Shown in pieces: positions 59,122 to 64,000 of a stretch of 64,000 nucleotides of DNA. A program made the translations under genes and the position numbers. Source of the DNA: Diplonema japonicum (Eukaryota; Protista; Euglenozoa: Diplonemea); the NCBI GenBank assembly GCA_964019335.1, contig OZ025670.1, forward strand, positions 62,001-126,000, read 5' to 3'. Below the pieces are notes generated by a model. The model was given only the letters and a program-made list of their open reading frames with translations, searched no databases and was not told the DNA's origin. Position 1 is the first letter of the stretch, and each line of letters starts with the position of its first letter.

Positions 59122-60368
59122 GAGCAACCTTTTTAGGAAACCATGGCAGGGCTTTTTACAGTGCCTTGCGAAATGGGCCGTAAGGTCTGCGAGAGTTATT
59201 TCCTCTCTTGTTTTTTGTGCCAATTCCGGTCTCCAGCAAAACCATGTATGTGGATTGGCAGACCCTGCGAAATGCGTTGTGAAAAATGATGAACCTCCCT
59301 TTGTACTTTCCCACCTGTTCTTATGAGGTTGTGAAGGAATGGCGGGAGGCGAGATACCCAGAAAATAGTGAAGACAATGATGAGGAAGTGCACACCTCAC
59401 CAGCTGGCCACACATCATGGCCTTGATTGGTCCCTTAGCTGCACGAGAGCTGTGGTCCTCTCCTTGCAGGCAAATAGTGGAGCAACCTTTTTAGGAAACC
59501 ATGGCAGGGCTTTTTACAGTGCCTTGCGAAATGGGCCGTAAGGTCTGCGAGAGTTCTTCCTGGCTCTTGTGGCAAAAACAAATCTGAAACGAGTGATGAC
59601 AACGAAGCACCCTCTCCGGTCTCCAGCAAAACCATGCGAGATACAGCGTTGCTTTTATACCCCGTTACCCGTCTGACTTTTCTTCTTTCATTTGTTGCCC
59701 TGCATTTGTTTCTTTCCAATCCCCAAACAACATGATGACAAACCTTCACTTTAACATGCGTGTCTTTAACCTGACCTTTTGTGTTTGATGAATACCTTTA
59801 ACTTTGGCTTGCTCTTTCTGACATGTTGAATAAGGCCCTCCATGGACAAAGCAACAGAGATGATTACATATAAGCAGTCTCCCTCTTCGTGAATGGTTTT
59901 GACGAGAACCTGCTATTCGAACCTAATTACATTTTCCGATGATTTCTGTGCGAAAGAGAGAAATGGATAAGGAAAATGAAAGAAATGTAGAAAAGAGCCA
60001 TCAAATACCATTACTTCCTCTTCTCTGTAGTTAGTAAAGGGCCGCTTTGGTCACGAGATCATCATGGATCCCACTCTGGACCCGTGTGAGAGTGAAGACA
60101 ATGATGAGGAAGTGCACACCTCACCAGCTGGCCACACATCATGGCCTTGATTGGTCCCTTAGCTGCACGAGAGCTGTGGTCCTCTCCTTGCAGGCAAATA
60201 GTGGAGCAACCTTTTTAGGAAACCATGGCAGGGCTTTTTACAGTGCCTTGCGAAATGGGCCGTAAGGTCTGCGAGAGTTATTTCCTCTATTTTTGGTCTC
60301 TGTTCCAAGAATGCTGACAACGAAGCACCCTCTCCGGTCGTTGCTTTTAGACCCCGTTACCCGTCTGA
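59122..60368 (+). ncRNA. snoRNA array VI (A-E-F-G-A-B-C-D-H-G-A-short B)
   Basis: Most complete array; contains all modules. Confidence 0.83.
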
Positions 60369-60502
60369 CCCCCCATGGTTTTGTTGACATAACTCCACAA
60401 CCCACAGGTTCCTTTGTAACACATAAACAACAACACATTTACTTTTTACATTTTTCACATACATCAACAACAAATAAACTTTAAAAAAAAAAATCTAAAA
60501 AA

Positions 60503-61261
60503 ATGAAGCAGATGACTGTGTCCTCCCAGCCTATCCAGACCGTGAAGAGGGATAAGAGTGGAAAGCGTCTTGTGACCAAGGTTTACGGTCCGAGCATCGC
60601 CTGCAAGGTGATGCACTACCCTGATCACATGCCGCTGAAGGCGCTGGACGATATGGTTGACAACCTTACAGTGCAGGAGAGGTTCGTGGATAAATCTTTG
60701 GTGTATTTCACTGGAGATGTGAAGGAGAAGAAGGGTAAGCAGCTCAAGAAGTCCTTCAGAAAAGAAGAAAGGGAATCGAGGGTATTGATCCTTTCCGTGA
60801 AAGGAAAACAGTTTCTAACTATACAGGAGGCTGTGGACATTACCGTGACGTCTCCTTTGAAGGATCTTGTTGATGACATCGAGCTGATTGGGGTCAACCC
60901 CAAGAGAAATACCCGGAACACGACTTCACACATCTATGTTCAGCTTCGCACTGTGGAACTTGCAGAAAGCCTTGTCAACACTGTCGATGCAATGCCCTAC
61001 AAGGGTTTCTATGTCCACTCACCGCAGTGCGACGAGCACCCGCAATTCTTCCCTAACCGGAACTATAGGGAGTCAACCCATATCTGGCGCAATCCTTCGT
61101 TCGATCATCCAACTATTGAGAAATCGACTTCTTTCACGTCTTCCTCTGACCCTTCTACTGCTCCGTCTACCCCCGTTAGCCTAACCACTCCTCGCCACCA
61201 ATGGGACGATATGACGGCCACCACCTACGATGATGAGCTAATCGTAGAATTTTACATGTAA
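60503..61261 (+). CDS. Hypothetical protein with degenerate RRM-like domain
   Basis: 252-aa ORF after an A-rich leader; HIYVQLRTVELAESLV resembles RNP1 plus helix. Confidence 0.6.
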   Translation: MKQMTVSSQPIQTVKRDKSGKRLVTKVYGPSIACKVMHYPDHMPLKALDDMVDNLTVQERFVDKSLVYFTGDVKEKKGKQLKKSFRKEERESRVLILSVKGKQFLTIQEAVDITVTSPLKDLVDDIELIGVNPKRNTRNTTSHIYVQLRTVELAESLVNTVDAMPYKGFYVHSPQCDEHPQFFPNRNYRESTHIWRNPSFDHPTIEKSTSFTSSSDPSTAPSTPVSLTTPRHQWDDMTATTYDDELIVEFYM

Positions 61262-61917
61262 ACCAACAAAAAAAATTTTTTTTTTTTTTAATTTGTTGCG
61301 CCAGAAATTTATTCCGGACAAAAAAAAAGTTATATTTAGTCCCCCCCCCAATTTTTTTGAAACCCTTTCCCAAATGAAAGAACAAGAAAAAAAGCTGCCC
61401 ACACGAACACTGCCATTTTTTTTTTTTCCCCTGCCTTTTTTTTAAATCCCCCCCCTTTCTCTCCCCTCTCCACCTTCTTTTCTTCTTTCTTCTCATGGAA
61501 AGAAGAAGGGGAAAGAGGGGGAGAGAAATGCTAAAAAAAAAAAAAAAAAAAAAAGAGGGGAAAAAAGGGAAGAAGCTTCTTATCATAATCTTTTTTTTTT
61601 TTTTTTTTTATGTCGCTTTAGGAATTGATAGTTTTCTGTCTTCCAACTTTGGTACTAAGACACCTCAAGCAATGACAAAAGGTGTACCCATGTCTTTGCG
61701 AGAGGCTATGGTTTGCTCTAAGAACAAATGTAGTGCATTTCAGGTCTTTGAACAAATATCCTCAGCGAAAAATGAAGAAAAGAAAGAACACAAGAACCAT
61801 TCCCTTTGGTTTTTTTGTTGGCATGCACCTGGAAAAAAAAAAAAAAAAGCCCCTCTTTGGGCCGCGTGCTAACATTTCTTCTCTGACATGAGAAATGCTG
61901 TACTTTTGCCGTATTTT

Positions 61918-61952
<35 letters not shown>

Positions 61953-62755
61953 TGTGAGGTCGCGATGATACAGATTATAATATTTACTTTTTTTTTTTTT
62001 TTTTTTTTTTAAAGAAAGAAAAAAAAAGGGGGGAAAGAAAAACAAAAGGAGAAGATTACCTTTATTTTTTTTTTCTTTTCTATTTTTTTTTATATTTTTT
62101 TCCGAAAGCGAACTTTGTTTTATTTCCAGACAAAAAAAATGGGGGACCCCTCCGTTAAGACCACTTTGAACGAAAGAAAAAAAAAAAGGAAAGAAGAAAG
62201 AAAAAAATGACACACACACACACACACACACACCCTACCCTCAAAAGAAAAGACTGCACCCTTCCTGCTTCTTCCTTATATTTTTTTTTTTTTTATCTTT
62301 ATATTATTTTTTCCATTGAAAATACCTTTTGTTGCTATATTTTTTTAATATTTCCCCCTCTCCCTTTCCCGCCCCCATTTACCTTCTTCTCTTCGCTTAT
62401 AAAACAAAAAAAAAATTAAAAAAAGCCGAAAACCGGAACGACAAAGAAAAGAAGTATACTAACGGAAGGTTTTAGATCCATATATAGGTGAGGATTACTT
62501 GTCCCCTGCACCCCCAACTTTTTTTTTTTTATTTTATTTTTTTACCGGATTTGTACTTATATTGTTATGCGAAAAGTCCCAAATTGGGCAAAAAATTCGA
62601 AAAAGGTACATAATATTTACAGAACACCATTAAAACAGAACATAAAAATTACAAAAATAAAAAAAATCCCAGAAAATATCCCTAAAAATAAAAAATCCCA
62701 AGACAAAAACAAAATACCCCCCAGCCGGGGAGGGGGGGTGGTATTACCGCAATTC

Positions 62756-63600
62756 TAGTTCACTATTGCCCAGTCCTGCACGTAGCACACCACATAGTCG
62801 CAGGACAGGCAGACCCTCCCGCGGGTGCTCATGTCATGCTCACCAGAGCATTCCGTGCACTACCACACTGGTCTCCTTTCTAACCTGCTTGAGGGTTGCG
62901 CTGCAGTTGGGGCAGGGCACCCTCGTCACGTTGTTCGTTCGCTGGCTTGGGGTCACTTGGCTTGGTGCCGCTGCTTGGCTTGGGGCTGAGGCTTCTTGGT
63001 CAGGCATTTCTTCTTCTTCTGCTTCTTCGTCAGAAGAAGGCGCATCAGAAATGGCCTCTATGTCGAGCTGCTGAACATCTCAGTGATCTCAATGTCCGGG
63101 TCTTCGGGTGCTGGTTCCGGTCGACTGACAGTCCCAATGGCTCCAATGGATCAATCTCCATCGGGTCAACTCCTGCATCTGCACCCAGCTTCTCGAACCA
63201 GCTCGACCTCGGAAGGCGGGGGCGGAGGGCCAGGCGAGGGCGCAGGAACGTCCTCAGTGGGCGGGGTCACGGATGCAAACCCGGGTGGGAGATCGTTAAA
63301 AAGGTAAGCGAACCCTGCCCGGATTGTTAGCTTGCGGTAAGCCTCGACACCCCAGGCAAGAACAAAAGGACGCATAATCTTTGTCCTTTTGTCAACCTCT
63401 AGCATTGCTGATTTTGCAATCTGTGAAGGTGTCGGGGCAGCAGGGGAGTCCACGGGGTTGGCAACAGAAGCAACGGGACCGGCAACAGAAACCACAGGAC
63501 CGGCAACAGAAACCACAGGACCGGCAACAGAAACCACAGGACCGGCAACAGAAACCACAGGACCGGCAACAGAAACCACAGGACCATACAGTACACTAAA
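62756..63600 (-). pseudogene. Decayed minus-strand coding remnant with Pro/Glu-rich linker and Cys-rich zinc-finger-like end
   Basis: Across frameshifts it reads PEPAPEDPDIEI / DEEAEEEEMP...VPCPNCSA / CTECSG...VCLSCDYVVC. Confidence 0.4.
63460..63585. repeat. 21-bp minisatellite, 5 perfect + 1 degenerate units
   Basis: GGCAACAGAAACCACAGGACC at 63481, 63502, 63523, 63544 and 63565. Confidence 0.95.
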
Positions 63601-64000
63601 TCCCCAGACCATTATTAAAACTGAACAATATAAATACAAATCCGGTAATATTTTTTATTTTTATTTTTATTTTTTTTTTGGTTTCTAAAAGAAAAAGCCG
63701 GATCCCTTCCAGTCAAGAGCAGGACTACCTGAAGAAAATGAAAAAAAAAAAAAAAAAGAAGAAAAGCAGGCCAGAACAAGGCAAAAAGAAAAATCGAAAG
63801 AAATTGAAAGAATCGAATATTTATAAAATTTTCACCCCCCACCTTTTTTTTTCTGCCCCTTCTCCTGATGCGCATTGCATATCTTTGTTGGAAGACTTGA
63901 TAATGCCCAGGATACTGGAAACAAAAAAAAAAAGAAAAAAAAAAAGAACAGGCGAGAGGAATGAGTTACAGCTCTGCCCGGTAATAACCTTTATACACAG

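Noticed and set aside
15647-60368. Spliced-leader RNA or tRNA genes within the repeats
   Set aside because: No SL-exon-like TTTCTGTACT.TATTG/GTATG motif and no cloverleaf seen by eye; a covariance search would be needed to exclude them fully.

Overview
Eukaryotic protist DNA, most likely Euglenozoa and probably a diplonemid (inferred). All ~25 credible protein genes lie on the + strand in a polycistron-like arrangement. They carry 33-66 nt GT(ATG)-AG cis-introns and are separated by homopolymer-rich spacers. Recognisable genes: SRP19, MMAA, NADP-IDH, SAH hydrolase, ECH1, a kinesin-13, two cold-shock-domain paralogues, a DH-PH protein, a T4 Rnl2-type RNA ligase, an LVIVD-repeat gene (frameshifted), an EGF/mucin surface protein, an LRR protein and a 5'-truncated LINE. 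The structure the ORF track misses is six dispersed, rearranged copies of one snoRNA array (15.6, 18.6, 23.4, 30.0, 54.4 and 59.1 kb). The arrays are built from about eight modules: single-hairpin AGA-box H/ACA-like guides and box C/D guides, several with readable rRNA targets. Modules are shuffled, truncated and chimerised, and accessory-looking genes sit between array copies like cassettes. All family and target assignments come from motif recognition and recalled rRNA consensus, not from searches.
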